From NCBI GenBank assembly GCA_951406725.2, contig OX597820.1, forward strand, positions 61,504,001-61,568,000: a DNA stretch of 64,000 nucleotides, given 5' to 3'. Of this stretch, positions 14,808-28,627 are shown piece by piece. The translations under genes and the position numbers were made by a program. Position 1 is the stretch's first letter. Each line of letters starts with the position of its first letter. The notes beneath the pieces were generated by a model. That model had not been told where the DNA came from. It was given only the letters and a program-made list of their open reading frames with translations, and ran no database searches. Source of the DNA: Octopus vulgaris (taxonomy: Eukaryota).

Positions 14808-15028
14808 ACATTATTTACATTTGACGGATATCTTTCCTCATTTTGTTTGTTGTTAACATGTTTCGGCTGATATACCCTCCAGCCTTCATCAGGTGCCTTG
14901 GGGAAATTTTGAACCTGGGTTCTCATTCCTTAAGTATTTTTCGATACTATTATTCAGGTCACTGCCTGGAATCGAACTCGCAATCTTGGGGTTAGTAGCC
15001 CGTGCTCTTAACCACTACGCTATATGCC
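14808..15028 (-). mobile_element. tRNA-headed SINE carrying a hammerhead-like core, followed by an A-tract
   Basis: minus strand: A-box TAGCGTAGTGG, B-box GAGTTCGATTCC, then CTGATGA-A-GGCTG..CAGCC-GAAACATGTT, then poly(A). Confidence 0.7.
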
Positions 15029-16585
15029 TAGAAAATTTACACTGCAGTATTTTTTTTTATTATGTGTCTAATAACATCCTTCATTTGTGTTTAATGTGTT
15101 GCATTTATAATTACATAGGTGTAAACATAGCCATATGATTAAGAAGCTTACTTACCAACCATATGGTCTTAGATTCTGTCCCACTGCGTGGCACCTTGGG
15201 CGAGTGTCTTCTACTATAGCTCTGGACTGACCAAATCCTTGTGAATGGATTTATTAGATGGAAATTGAAAGATCAAAATAGGTGTGTGTGTGTGTCCCCT
15301 TGTCTTGACATCCCATGATGATTATAAGTGAGCATGTTGTTCATTTCTAGTCTTCTGTGAAAAATGTCTGGCCATAGGGAAATATTACCTTGCTTGGAAA
15401 CAGGTAATGGTTGGTGACAGGAATGACAGCTGGTCTAAACATTAAATGATGATGATGATAGTTTATTTAAAGAGAAACACGAAACAGTTAATTCTGAAAG
15501 CCATGAAGCTAATTAAAAATTTTAAAGTGTATTAAATTAGAAAATGCTTTAACCTATCTCCCACTGACACCCTTGTATACATGTCTTAAGTTACAGAATA
15601 TTCTTCGCTTTTTCTGTGTACAAGGTACTCTGAATTGCTGTGATGGCACTATGATGGAACCCACTGCACTCCTTCTGCAGAGAAAGTGAAGGAATTTGAG
15701 GTTACTTTAATCCTATCTCACCCTGGTCTTTTCAACCTGTGTAGTGTTGGTTCCTTGAGAAAATACACCCAGCACACTTTGTAAAGCATCCAGCTGCAGA
15801 AATCAAAGCAAATATCTATGAGCATCAGCCTTTAGGAGCAACCGTTCCTAATATGAAATGAATCAGATCATGACAACATATGCAACCCATGTCAGTATGG
15901 AGAGTGATCATTAAATAATAATGATGATGACTTTTCAAGGAGACTCAGCACTATATAATTCTTTTATCTATTACTTGTTTCACTCATTTGTCTGTGGCCA
16001 TGCTGGGGCACTACATTGAAAGGTTTCGGTCAAACAAATCAATCCCGATACTTATCTTTTAAAATCTGGTACTTATTCTGTTGGTTTTTTTTAACCAAAG
16101 CACTGAGTCACAGGCTGTACACAAACCAACAACAGTTGTGAAGTGGTGTGGGGTAACAAATGCAGACACAAAGATACCAAAGTGTCTCATAGTTGGAGTG
16201 GAACCAAAACCATGTAGTTTCAAAGCAAGCTTCTTAACCACTCAGCCAGCCATGCCTGTACTTCATTTCATTATCAAGGTTGCTTAAATACTCTCCTCTA
16301 ATATATTACTGATACAAAGGTAGCAAGCCGACAGTCGTTAGCATGCCAGCTGAAATGCTTAGCGGCCTTTCGTCTGTCTTTACGTTCTGAGTTAAAATTC
16401 CACCGAGGTCGACTTTGCATTTCATCTTTTCAGGGCCGATAAATTAAGTACCAGTTGCATACTGGGGTCAATCTAATCGACTACCCCCTTTGTGCCTAGA
16501 GTAGAAAAGAATATGTTACTGATACAAACGGTTGTAGTTTATTTAAATATTGAAGGATATTGTGTTTTTTAGAGTTTTGGGTTAA

Positions 16586-16804
16586 CCCTTTCGTTACTGT
16601 ATTTATTTTGAGATGCTCTGTGTTTCATTCAATTAATTTTAGATATAACAAAGAATTTAGTAAAATAACTTTATCATTAAGCTAGTGTTAGGAACATAAA
16701 TTGTGACTAAGGTTTAGTGTAAGATTTTAATTTGATACTTATGAAAACAAGGCATTTGTACTACATAGCCAGAGGCGGTTTCAGCCGGGTTGGTATCAAA
16801 AGGG
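16586..16804. mobile_element. piggyBac-like TTAA MITE, family 1
   Basis: TTAA|CCCTTT...AAAGGG|TTAA; inverted homologous copy at 38798-39017. Confidence 0.85.
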
Positions 16805-17299
16805 TTAAATAGCTGTCTAGTTCATCAGAAATGGTTGTAAACCTGGTAGGCTGCTTTACAGAGTTCAGTTTATTGCTGTAATTGATTGATATTCTATCAA
16901 AGCAGACTTTGCTTTCACCCTTGTAAGGCTATTTGTACTTTACTAAAAGTGATCTTTGTTTTGCAGAAGAAATCGTTATGTCATTATGTAAAGTGCAAAT
17001 AGCTTAGTAGACAATACTATATCAAATTTATGAGATGTGGTTTAGTATCTCATCGTTAAAGCCATGGTATGTTACTCTGCTCTTTTTATTAGAAATAATG
17101 TCTGAATGTTGAAGATGGATGTAAATAAAAAAATTGGTAATTCACTTGTACTCACTCACTTGTTTTTGATATCAATAAAACAACATTGATTTTTGTATGT
17201 TAGTGGGGTTTTTTTCTCTTTTTTTTTTGTATTTATAGCTACAAATATGTGAACATTGATGCATTAACAAAAATTTGCACTTTATTTATGAATACTCAG

Positions 17300-17700
17300 T
17301 ACAGCCAACCAGCCATCTTCTCCCTCTGCTGCTCGCAGAAAGGTTGTTGAGGTACAGTCCTCAGGTACCTATTCCATAGGGTCCTATTGGAAACAATTGT
17401 CATTAAATTTTCTGATAGGATCTCCAGGCATGACCAACTAAAGCTATGGTTATTGTTCAACCATCTCATTCTTGGTCTACCCCTAGGTCTCCTGTTGGTT
17501 GACTCAGCTTGAATAATCTACCTTGTAATTCTTTCCTGTGACATAATGTTCACATGTCTGTAGTGCTGAAGCTGTGACCTCAATGCAGAAAAGTGATGGC
17601 TCAGCCCAGAGAGACTCGCTGATCTTTGAACTGTACATCCTGTCAATGTTACTCCAGTGGTCCTTTGGAGGAACCTCATTTCTGTTGCTTGTACATTGCA
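17300..17700 (-). mobile_element. decayed RTE-type LINE 3' end
   Basis: minus strand encodes RRPRGRPR..W-like sequence (tctacccctaggtctcc on +). Confidence 0.45.
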
Positions 17701-20700
17701 ATCATACTACTTAGAAATATAAATATCTGGGCTATATCTAATGTATTAATTTACTTCATTTGCCATTTAGTTTCTAGAAATGGTATCTTAATTCTATTTG
17801 GCTTGAGTGGAGGAGGCATGTGATTTAAAGAGGAAAACTTGAATTAATTTTCGTGTTTTTCTTTTGTGCCATTAGCTTTACATCAAAAAATGAGTTTCAA
17901 AACATCTCAAATAAAATTAAATTCAGTCATCATCATCATTATCATCTGTTTCATATGCTTAGATAAGTTGGATGGGACTTTTCCAGCACAGCATTTCACC
18001 ATGTTACACTCCCATGTCATCTCCTTGCAGTTCAGTCTCTTGAGACAATGCTTCACTACTTCTCTTCATGGCTTCCTCAGTCAACCTGTACATCAGGGCA
18101 CCCAACTCTCCTCTCTCATCATCCATGTGCATTACATGCTTGCAGCACTGCAGTTTTCTCTCACACACTACATCTGATTCCTCTTGTATCTAATTTTAAC
18201 TCCCAGCTTCTTTGTACTCCATTATTCATGGTCATTACCATTACACATTCAGCAGAACAGGCTCACCTCATTTTTTTTTTTATAACCTTTACACATTCTC
18301 CACATTCAGTGCTTATGTTTCGGTACCATAAAATACCAATGTTATGTGCACAGAGATAATCCTTTTGTTTCCAATGGAGGCAATACTCCCACCTCATTCT
18401 GGTAGTTATACTTTCATAATACTCATTATCTTTGTTAATTAGGTTGCCTAGGTCAGTGAATTTATGTATTGACTTCATTTCACTGCTATTACTTTTATTT
18501 GTTGATTTGTTGTCATTTAACCTGTTAACTAGTCTATTGTTTGATTATTCAACTTGACAGCTAGATTGCAAATGGCAACAAAAGAACTTTGACAAACTTA
18601 GTTGATTGATTGAATGATTAATCAAACAGTTGATTAGTCAATTGGTTAAATGTTAATAATAAAAGAAGTAAAAGAGAACCAGTGCATGTGTTTGTTGTTA
18701 CTGTATCTTGGGAGGCATAATGAATCGCCCGCGATACAGTAGAATTTTACATTTCTTTTCTCTATTTTCTCTCTGGCTGTTATTTATTTCTAAATCAACT
18801 CTGAGCTCAGCATTTTGATCAAAGGCTTTCCAGCTATGACTATTTTTTAAAGTTGATGTGATCTGAAAGCTACTATTTCTAGCAGGACAGGCTGATTGAA
18901 GGTTCTATTGTTGATTTTTTATTTGTATCAAAAGGGTAAAAGTTATTGGCTATTCACTAATACTAATTGACAGTTGGGAAGTCATCATTTAAACTAGTCA
19001 TTCATGTGGTCAACGACTTGATAGAAATATTGCTCCAATATTTCCTGTTGTGTACACAATTGGTATCATAAGAATGCAGCTGAGCTGATCATTCAGACTC
19101 CTTTGATCAAATAAATAACATTGAAAGAAATGATTATGGCGATTTAATCATTAGGACGATAAAGAGTCTGCTTTCTATTGTTAATGGATTAAAGGATTAT
19201 GGCTGGATACTGAACAGGTTTAATTACATAAGCAACCCTAGCCAATACAAACGGTGTGTTCCAATAAATGTCATGTCAGCACCATTGTCAAGTAATCAGT
19301 AATTAATTTGAGAAGAGAAATTACTAGAATGGAACTAGTAGGATAAATGGTGAAGCTGAAAATAGGTGATGATGCACTTTGTATTTGTGTATAGTAAAAG
19401 AAAAAAGTTAAATTGTTTTGTCCGAGACCATTATACTTTGTTCACCTTGTGAAAACTTGAAAATATAGAGAATGGCTCAGAAAAAACAGCTTGTATAAAC
19501 TTGTTGCCAGAAACTAGTTCAGCGTACATTTTTTAACTGATGACAGAATTTTATCAACCGGAATTAGTTTCTACACATAGAAATTTTATGTTGGTGATTG
19601 AGGATTAGTGATTAACTGATTTTCTTTTTGACTTAAATGAAAGATCATAAATATGGAGATAATAACTTAATCTTGGGAGATAATATTGATTTCTGGCGAT
19701 TTAATACTAAATCAATCTGTCTAGTTGCAACTGAAAGCAGTTGACTTATTTTATTGATGTGGGGAAAAAAGGATTTGATATAAGAACATAGAATCTCCAA
19801 ACTAGATTAAAATTGAGGCATTCTACTCTTCCAGACACTTTGTTAATACCATCCTCATCATTTTACATGTATTTCTCCATGGCTTTGATGTGTGTTCTAA
19901 ATCTCTGTTTCTATGGATCTTTAAGCTTCCACATTTTCCTTTTCTTGACTGGGTTGTACTTCTGAGTCCTTTTAACAATAAGTGTGAAGTCCTTAACTAC
20001 CAGCCTGTGTTGGATAGTACATTCTTCATCAAGGAAGAACTTTGCATTTACAGTCAACTGTTTATCCTGATTTCTGATGAGAATGTTGACAATCTCGTTT
20101 GCATTATTGATATGTGATCTGATGACTGTTTGCTTTCCAAAAGTTAGTGTTGCAGATCGTTAGGTCATTTCTTTGAGGTAACCTGCAAAAGGTTATTGCA
20201 TGGAGGGTCCTTTTGTTTGTCTGGCAGCCTTGATTGAGGAGCATCATCATCATCATCATCGTTTAACGTCTGCTTTCCATGTATTTAAATAAGCCATATC
20301 TAGCTCAAATGTTATACCTGTTTTACATTAAAACTGGACTGCTCTGGTCTCTCACACCTACCCTACTATGTCATTCTAGAATAAGCAATCACATCATTGA
20401 ACTGTTGAAGCTTTTAGATAATGCATTATTATTTCATAACTGTAAATAAATAAGCATTACATTTGTCAGGATAATCTGGATGCCAAAGGGTTACAACAGT
20501 ACAACACTGAAATCATCATCATCATCGTTGCCGTTTAACGTCTGCTTTCCATGCTGGCATGGTTTGGACGATTTGACTGAGGGCTGGCAAGCCAGAAGGC
20601 TGCACCAGGCTCCAATCTGATCTGGCAAAGTTTCTCCAGCTGGATACCTTTCCCAATGCCAATATGTACATATTAAGAAAATATTAGTAAATCCTAAAAG

Positions 20701-21082
20701 ATACAAAAAACTATACCATTGACCACATACAAGTTATAAATGAGAAAATTGGGAGCAGTGATGAACATTGAACAATATTACATATTAAAAGAAATAAATG
20801 AAGCAATCAGTACAACTAAACTTTGTCAATATTACATTCTGAGTTAAGTACCCGTTACACACTGGGGTTGATATAATTGACTTAATCCTTTTGTCTGTCC
20901 TTGTTTATTCCCTCTATGTTTAGCCCCCTGTGAGCAATAAAGAAATAGATATTTGTACATCATGAGTGAATGGATGTGGATGAGTAAGCATGCTGTAATA
21001 TGGAGAGGAATGGGGAGCAGTGATAAACTTTGAGCAATTATAACAGTTTATATTTTTAACGAATACATCATTTACTCCCTTA

Positions 21083-21432
21083 ACTCTCTTTTACTTGTTT
21101 CAATCATTTGACTGTGGCCATGCTGGAGCACTGCCTTTAGTCAAGCAAATCAACCCCAGGACTTATTCTTTGTAAGCCTAGTACTTATTCTATCAGTCTC
21201 TTTTGCCAAACTGCTAATTTACGGGGATGTAAACACACTAGCATTGGTTGTCAAGTGATGTTGGGGGCAAACACAGACACACATACATATACGACAGGCT
21301 TCTTTCAGTTTCCATATACCAAATCCACTCACAAGGCATTGGTCGGTCCGAGGCTATAGTAGAAGACACTTGCCAAAGGTGCCATGCAGTGGGACTGAAC
21401 CCGGAACCATGTGGTTCGTAAGCAAGCTACTT
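21083..21432 (-). mobile_element. tRNA-derived SINE family A
   Basis: multi-copy identity; B-box-like GGTTCAGTCCC on minus strand. Confidence 0.8.
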
Positions 21433-21650
21433 AATGCACTGCTTTCTGCTGCAACAACCTTATTTACCATGGTTTCTTTCTCCCCTTCCTGTTACTCATC
21501 TCAGAGACCCTAAAAAAGATTATGGGCACTAGCTTTCCTTCTGATGGTTCCATAAAAAAGTTGATGACTACTACAATACAGTTATGTCGGTTGAATAAAA
21601 TTCTTATTATTGGTGATTGGAGATGGAAAATAATAGTGTATTATCATTAA

Positions 21651-21845
21651 CCCTTTAGCATTCAGATTATTCTATCAAATGTAACACACATTTATCCACA
21701 TTGTATGGAGTTAATCATGCATTATTTCGTAGTTTCAAGATTTCAGTGATGTGATTATTTAGTTTTAGAATGACATTATAAGTAGGTGTGAGATAAACTA
21801 TATAGATTATTTGGTTTAGATAAGGCTGGTTGAAATGCTAAAGGG
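21651..21845. mobile_element. TTAA MITE family 2 (related copies 24234-24452, ~20290-20490, ~63545-63742)
   Basis: TTAA|CCCTTTAGCATT...TGCTAAAGGG|TTGA; internal similarity among copies. Confidence 0.75.
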
Positions 21846-22089
21846 TTGAAAGAAAAAAGCAGTAAAGCTCAGCTGGGAAAATGAATGGCAGAAAATATAT
21901 TTTAAAACTCATTAACAATTCACATATCCAGTCAATGAAATATTTGTTCTTTGTATATGCATTACTATGTAATTGCTTGAGGATTTTGTAACAAATGTAG
22001 ATTAAGTTAGGATATCAAAAGTATGATGACTAGTTCTTTGTAAATTATAAATTTTACTAATAAAGCAGCTCTTAAAGGTTGTACACATT

Positions 22090-22441
22090 ATAGTATGTTG
22101 TCAACTTAATGTGATAGTCCCATAAAAGGGAAGAATGCTACTGTTATTTAGCCCTAGGAAACACCGTTTCCTGTTGGACTTGACACATTTTTTGTGTCCT
22201 TATGTTTTCAAAGTGGAGATAAGCACCTCCACCCAGCAAACCCAGACTGATGATGAGCAGTGACTCTGAAACTAGTCTCTGGTTACTGACTTTGCTGGTT
22301 GGAGGTGCTTGTCTCCACTTTGAAAACATTAGGACATAGGAAATGTGTCAAGTCCAACAGGAAGCAGTGTTGCCTAGGGCTAAATAACAGTAGCATTCTT
22401 CCCTTTTATGGGACTATCACATTAAGTTGACAACATCCTAT
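22090..22441. mobile_element. fold-back element with ~155 bp inverted arms (roughly 90% identity) around a central hammerhead-like motif
   Basis: 22090-22245 is the reverse complement of 22286-22441 with about a dozen mismatches by eye. Confidence 0.9.
22242..22282 (+). ncRNA. minimal type I hammerhead ribozyme-like motif; predicted cleavage after GUC at 22277
   Basis: CCAGA-CTGATGA-tGAGcagtgaCTCt-GAAA-CTAG-TC-TCTGG: perfect 5 bp stem I, both core boxes, palindromic stem III, GUC triplet; stem II closes with a U.U mismatch. Confidence 0.7.
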
Positions 22442-24233
22442 CACTTTATAGTTCTGCTACTGCATAAATTTCTCTGAGGGATTTAGAAATATTTCTGTTG
22501 TACAAATGGTTATAAGATTTTCTGTGATGAGTATGTGTTTCAATTTTTACTTAGATTTGAAAACTAGTCACAAATACAATTTTTATTTCAAATGTATTTT
22601 ATATTCACAGTAAGTTTTTCATGATTACTTTGATAGAGCTAATGTTTTAAAACTTTTCATTTCCCTTTCTCTTACAAATTTGTACACAAATTCTTCAAAG
22701 TATTCCCCACAATTATTCAACTTGGAAGCAATAGTGTTGCTTACTTTCAGTTTGACAGACAAAGGCAAGTAAAGTAAGCGTGTATTATTTAAAACTTGTA
22801 ATACCTACATTATGGAGTTAATTATTCATTAGCAAAGTATTTTTGTCTCTGAGTGTATGTAGAAATATATGCTTTTAAGTTTTACTCACTTCTTATTATA
22901 CTGCAGGTGCAACATAAGAAATACATTATTACTTTAGTTTTATCTAGTACTAGCTTAAAAGCTGCACTCTGTGTGGACTTTCTAGCTAGTTCCTGTGGAG
23001 GGCTAATTGGACCTGTAGCCCAAAACTAACAAGAGCAAAATAGCATGACTAATACATGTATGACTATATGCTCCTGTGGTGTTTGATCAGAGTTTAAGGA
23101 TGGATGAGAATTCTGTAATGCAATCATTCTATATTGCTCCAGTCCCAAGTTGAATTCTAGCTGTTGGCTAATTTGTCCCAAGGTTCTTATCTTGACGTAA
23201 AATTAAAGAAGCAAATGTCATTTATTTTTCCTTTGATCTCTGACATCATCTGACAAATGCCACCAAGATGGCTTCAATTAGCCAAGCTTTAACTGCTAGA
23301 AATAGCAACCCAAATGCTTTTAAATCTGATCCCAATGTTGGATGTTCAAGAACCAAATGAAGGGCAGATTTTCAATCCCAGGATCATACTGATTCCAAAA
23401 AGCTTTACTGTGTCTTTGTAGAGAAAATGTAGGCTGAGATACAGTGGTCTCAGACAAACAGATAAAATTTCACTTTTATTATTGTAGATAAATTATACTG
23501 AATTAGAGCGAAGACATTTAAGGTGAACTGTCTACCAGAAATGACTTCAGTAGAATTGTCTAAGCAAGCAGTACTGGCATCATGGTCCTCTAATTTAATG
23601 TTCACGATGGAATGGTATTTTAACTAGTTTAAATCTTTAAAAAAAATTTACTAATGATAAAATCTAGCTTTGAAGTATAGTTTTGTATATAATTGCACCT
23701 TAGGTGAAATTTACAGTAAGATATTCTTTTGTACTATATCTAACCTGTTGAAAGGGTGCTAATCTATGATACATTATCTACTCCAGGTTGTGGGACCTGG
23801 TGACTCACATGTTTTCTTCAGGCTGCTGGTGAAACCAAAGTTGTTTACAGCACCAAAGAAGTGGTTGATTATGGTTTGGATTACCTCCCAGTGTACAAAG
23901 AATTTGCTAACATCTGCAAACCTGAATTCAAGAATCAGTTCAGCAAAGCTATTGGTGGGGAACAAAAGTTTACATAATGAAAGTTCCATCTGTGAGTAAT
24001 CTGGTATAGATTCTCTTTATTGAATCTTTATTAGTTTCTCATGATCTGAAGGTTTTAAACTGCTTCAGCACAAATGCAGACTTTTAAACCCATTTCCAAT
24101 AACAGATTATGTAAACAAATTATCTTTCTGTTTTACTTTCTCATGCTGAGTTTTGTGCAACTAGTAGTGAGTTATTTTGTGTGACGGTCAAGTTTTGTTA
24201 TAATCTTCTTCTCTAGACTACAAGCTATATTAA

Positions 24234-24452
24234 CCCTTTAGTGTTCAGATTATTCAATCAAACATAATGCCTATCGATTCCCATTGATTTGATTTAATCA
24301 TGCATTATCTCATAGCTTCAAGATCTTGATGGTGTAATTACCTAATGTAGAATAACATTGTAGGGTAGGTGTGAGAGCCTGGATCTGGTCAGTTTGAACA
24401 TAAAACAGATTAACTATTTTGGCCGGATATGGCAGGTTTAAATACTAAAGGG
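24234..24452. mobile_element. TTAA MITE family 2
   Basis: TTAA|CCCTTTAGT...ACTAAAGGG|TTAA. Confidence 0.85.
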
Positions 24453-27293
24453 TTAAAGATTATCATGGAATTTGTAATGGTAGCATTACAGAAATCATGT
24501 CACACTTATTAGTTTTTTACATTATACGTTATCATAGTAATTAGAATTAATTTAATTGGCGTTAAAGAACTTTTTATATCATTGTATATGATGTAATATT
24601 TTGATGTCACAGGTTGTGGTGTTACAATGAGAGGCTGTGTTGTAGATGTTTGTACAAGAAATACATTACCAACAAGCAAGTATTTGAATGGGAATGAATG
24701 TCAGGGGAACTAAGTTCTCTCACCTCTTTTTGTTCTCCCCAATCTCAGCTACATATTGTGATCCCTTGATAAAAATATTTCTCCTGACTTTATAGAAGCG
24801 TTTGATGTCTGCTTTGCTTCTGACTTCACTTAGTTCTCAGACCGCATTTTCCCATTTGAATTTTGTCTTCCTAGTCCTCTTGCCTTACCATTTACTGTAA
24901 TAAAGCTGTTAAAAGTAACAACTCCTTTAATCCCAAAACTCCAGCAAAATAAGCTCATCAATTAATGTTCACAATATCTCCCTCAAATAATGCATTCTAA
25001 CTCCCCCTTATTCACCAATCTTGTTCTTTTTACTTTTGTTTACTTCAAAACATCTGACCATATCCAAGAGACTTTTTTTCAGCTCTTCTACTTGTTGATC
25101 TTTCCTCAGCAATTCAAATATAATAGAAACTATTGTAACTGATCACTTTGATCATATTCATTATCATTAATATGGGTTCTGAAGACATTTTGCATAACAC
25201 AGTTCAAGTCCTTTGCTTTGACAAATTTGATGGAAACAAATTATTTGACATAGTACCTTCTGATAAAGTGAACTGCCTATTTCTAATTATCATGGTCACC
25301 CAGCATACCTATTTCTAATAATTACGATGCCCTAGCATGGCCACAGCCTCAAGGCTGAAACATATAAAAAAAAAGGCACCTAGATTGCGTGTTTTCTGAT
25401 AGGATTCCTTTGGTGCAGATATCGAGGAGGGAGACTTTTCTCACTTTTTTATATTATTACAACTTGTTTGGCAGCTTACTTTCCCCTCACTTGTCTTTCA
25501 TCATTATCATTGTTTAACATCCATTTTCCATGCTGGCATGGGTTGAATGGTTTGACTGAGGTCTGGAGAGCCAGCAGCTGCACCAGGCTCCAATCTGATC
25601 TGGTAATGTTTCTATAGCTGGATGCCAACCACTTCAAGAGTGTAGTGAGTGCTTTTCATGTGCCACTGGCACAGGAGCCAGTCACGTTCGGATAGTGCTT
25701 TTTACGTGCCACCAGCATGGGGGCCAGTCAGTTGGTACTGGCAAGTAATGGTCTAAAATTTCTATACAATTTAATATCAACAAAAATTGTCAACCCACCT
25801 GCATGCAACAGCTTTATAATGCAGGCATTATACACTTCAAGCAAGACAAATTTACAACACTACATTCTCACTGCTACTGAAAGATACACAACAAAAACAG
25901 GCGTAACATTAATTTTCTATGGCTAATACGTACATTGACACACATATACCAAATAACCAAAGTTGTCATGAAAACTTGATTTCTGTTTTAGAAATAGAAA
26001 ATAATTAACTCCACACTGGTGATGACTGTATTCATTTGGAACTATATCTTGGACTATATCCAATATAAAGCTGCTTGACATCTGACTGGCAAATCTTGTT
26101 CTCTGTCAAATTGTCCTGCCATTCTTACCTTCTACATTAATACTAAAATGACATGTGTTCCTCTGAATATGTTAGCTGTGTACTTGTTTCTCAGAAGTCC
26201 ACTTTACTCTCCTCATCCTCCAATTGATACTGTGTCTTGCACTATATTTGATTTATCTGAATCTTTCTCTTTAATATCATCTCTCCAGAAATCTCCTGTG
26301 TTAGCTTACGTATTTCATCCATGTATTGAGTTTCTAAAGTAAACAATAAAAAGAGATAAAATGTTTGTTTCCCAACCACATGGCTTCATGTTCAGTCCTA
26401 CTGTGTAGCACTAGGGCAAATGTTTTTTACTGTAGCCCTGGGCTGACTAAAGCCTTGCAAGTGGACTTGGTAGATAGAAAGTGAAAGAAGTCCATCTTTG
26501 TGTGTGTGTGTGTTTGTCTCCCATTTGACAACTGTGTTAGTGTGCTTACATCCCCCATAACTTAGCAGTTCATCAAAAGAACCAATAGAATAAGTGTTAG
26601 GCTTTAAAAAGAAATAAGTACTGTGGTCTGGTTGGTCAATTAAAACTCTTCAAGGTGGGTGTTCCAGCATGGCTGCAATCTCATGACTGAAGCAAGTAAA
26701 AGAAAGAATTATCCCTTCTCATTAGCAGAGCATTTGAAAAGCCATTGACTGCATTTTTGTAAGATTAACTACCAGAAAACAGAGTCAAAGCACTGGGTAT
26801 TATTGTCCTTACCCTCAGTAACCATCAACACAGCTTATGTAGAACCAAGTGTGGTCCCTCACCTTTGAAAACTTGAGTGGAAACTTGTTTTGCACTTGAT
26901 ACAAACAGCCTTCAATCATGTATAGATAAGCACCTCTTATCTTTTACAGAGAGCTCCATTGGCATGTGCTGATGAAGCCTTCTCCAACTCACATTCTAAA
27001 CTCTTGTGTAATCTAAAGTTCTTATATCCTACAAGCTGTCGACCCTAATATACACTCATATGAATTACTGTCCATCACTCCTCTGTCAACCTTTCATACT
27101 CAGATATCATCCATATGCAATCTAAATGCCATGTCAAACATAAACAGGTACTCTGAGAGAACCATCTTTAACAACCTAGTCTCTTTCAATAGCAAAAAAA
27201 CTCAATGGTAGCACAAATACTGACCTACTCTAATCCTGAAAAACATACCATTTAAATTCACCTCTACAGATGTTAAACCTGATGATCTTAGAT

Positions 27294-27800
27294 CAGGGGC
27301 AGAGAAACTTTTTACTGTGATGAGCAAAAATTTCCAAAGAAAAAGGTCCGTGGGTGGATCACAAGTTCTAACTCTTATATCTGTATAAATCTTGTAATGA
27401 TTAATTTGATATATATTAATAAAGATAAGTTTAACACATTAAATTAATGTGTAATATCTTCATTAACGCAGCCACTGAATTTAGGATATTTATATTACTC
27501 ATGAGGTATTCTATATCTTTCAGCTAAAGTGTTATTGGGTCTCAACGGGGTGGTACAAACCTAGCAATATGTGTTCTATAGTGAAAACAAAATTTCCATC
27601 CAAATGGCAATTACTGGGCGATTTTCAGTTCGAGTCTAATTGTTTTAAGTTGTAGTAAAAATGTGACCTATATCACATATAGGTATACGAATATTGTATA
27701 AATTTTATAATTGAAAAATTTATTATTCTTTGTACATACAAGTGTATCAGCCTGTGGGCACAATAAAATGGACTCGCAGGCGGGGGTTTCCCCACCCCTG
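27294..27800. mobile_element. non-autonomous hAT (Charlie-like) element
   Basis: TIRs CAGGGGCAGAGAAAC / GTTTCCCCACCCCTG; perfect 8 bp TSD TCTTAGAT at 27286-27293 and 27801-27808. Confidence 0.9.
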
Positions 27801-28627
27801 TCTTAGATGTTTCTCATGGCAACTCTCACTTATATGACATTGCTAAAACTACATCACAAGACTATGATTCCTGTTTTGAGCATAGAAATATTTCATCTCT
27901 GATCAGTTGCTATCCTTCTGCAAAGCTCTACCCTCAGAATATTGTGGAACTGACAGATTAACAAAGATTCATTTGCTAGCATGCTCCCAACACTAGTTCG
28001 CAAACATACTGTTTCTCCTTGCTGCCTCTTCTATCATTACTGCAATAGTCTTTGCTCCTCTGTCTTTGCAATCTACTTGATCTCTCCCCTCAAGTGGACT
28101 TACCTCGTATTTCTTCTCATGTCCATTACTATGTCTCACCTTCTAGACCCTTGCTGAACACTTCACCCAGTTCTTCCTCCGTAGTACTGTAAGCCCCTGG
28201 AAGTTCTTGTTGGCACATGCTAACTACCTTCATAAAATTTTTTCAGCCAGAATCTTATGACAACTTTTTATTGTATGGCTGTAATTCTTCTTGAGAAAAG
28301 AGGTTTAAAATTTAGTTGCAGTGCTTAAAAGTCAATGATCAAAGCTGCATAACAATACTGCAGGAAGATTAGAATGTATGTTATACATTGATACATATAG
28401 CCATTATGATTAAAAATGGTTTTTCACAAAATACTCATTCTCTTTTTCTTTCGTTCTCAGCTTACAGTATTTATGAAAAGTAAGAAGTACTCCAAATACT
28501 TATAAAAAAGATTTTCTTGTTGCTAAACCATTTTATTTTTGTTTCTTGAAGGCATAACATCTTGATGTATCGGCATCACATCATCTGAACAGACCTTTAC
28601 TTTGACAGATACTCTATAACTTACAAC

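Noticed and set aside
14964-15028. tRNA gene-like sequences (also at 30212 and 50633)
   Set aside because: These are SINE heads with A/B boxes, lacking a complete acceptor stem and followed by SINE bodies.
16967-17066. Candidate 5' UTR exon
   Set aside because: Splice-like sites only; such pairs are common by chance.
18488-18672. Degenerate AT-rich inverted repeat
   Set aside because: Too diverged and low in complexity to call; probably an old MITE.
24880-28230. Very old LINE remnants (also 19870-20240)
   Set aside because: Only faint RT-like hints; boundaries and clade cannot be supported.
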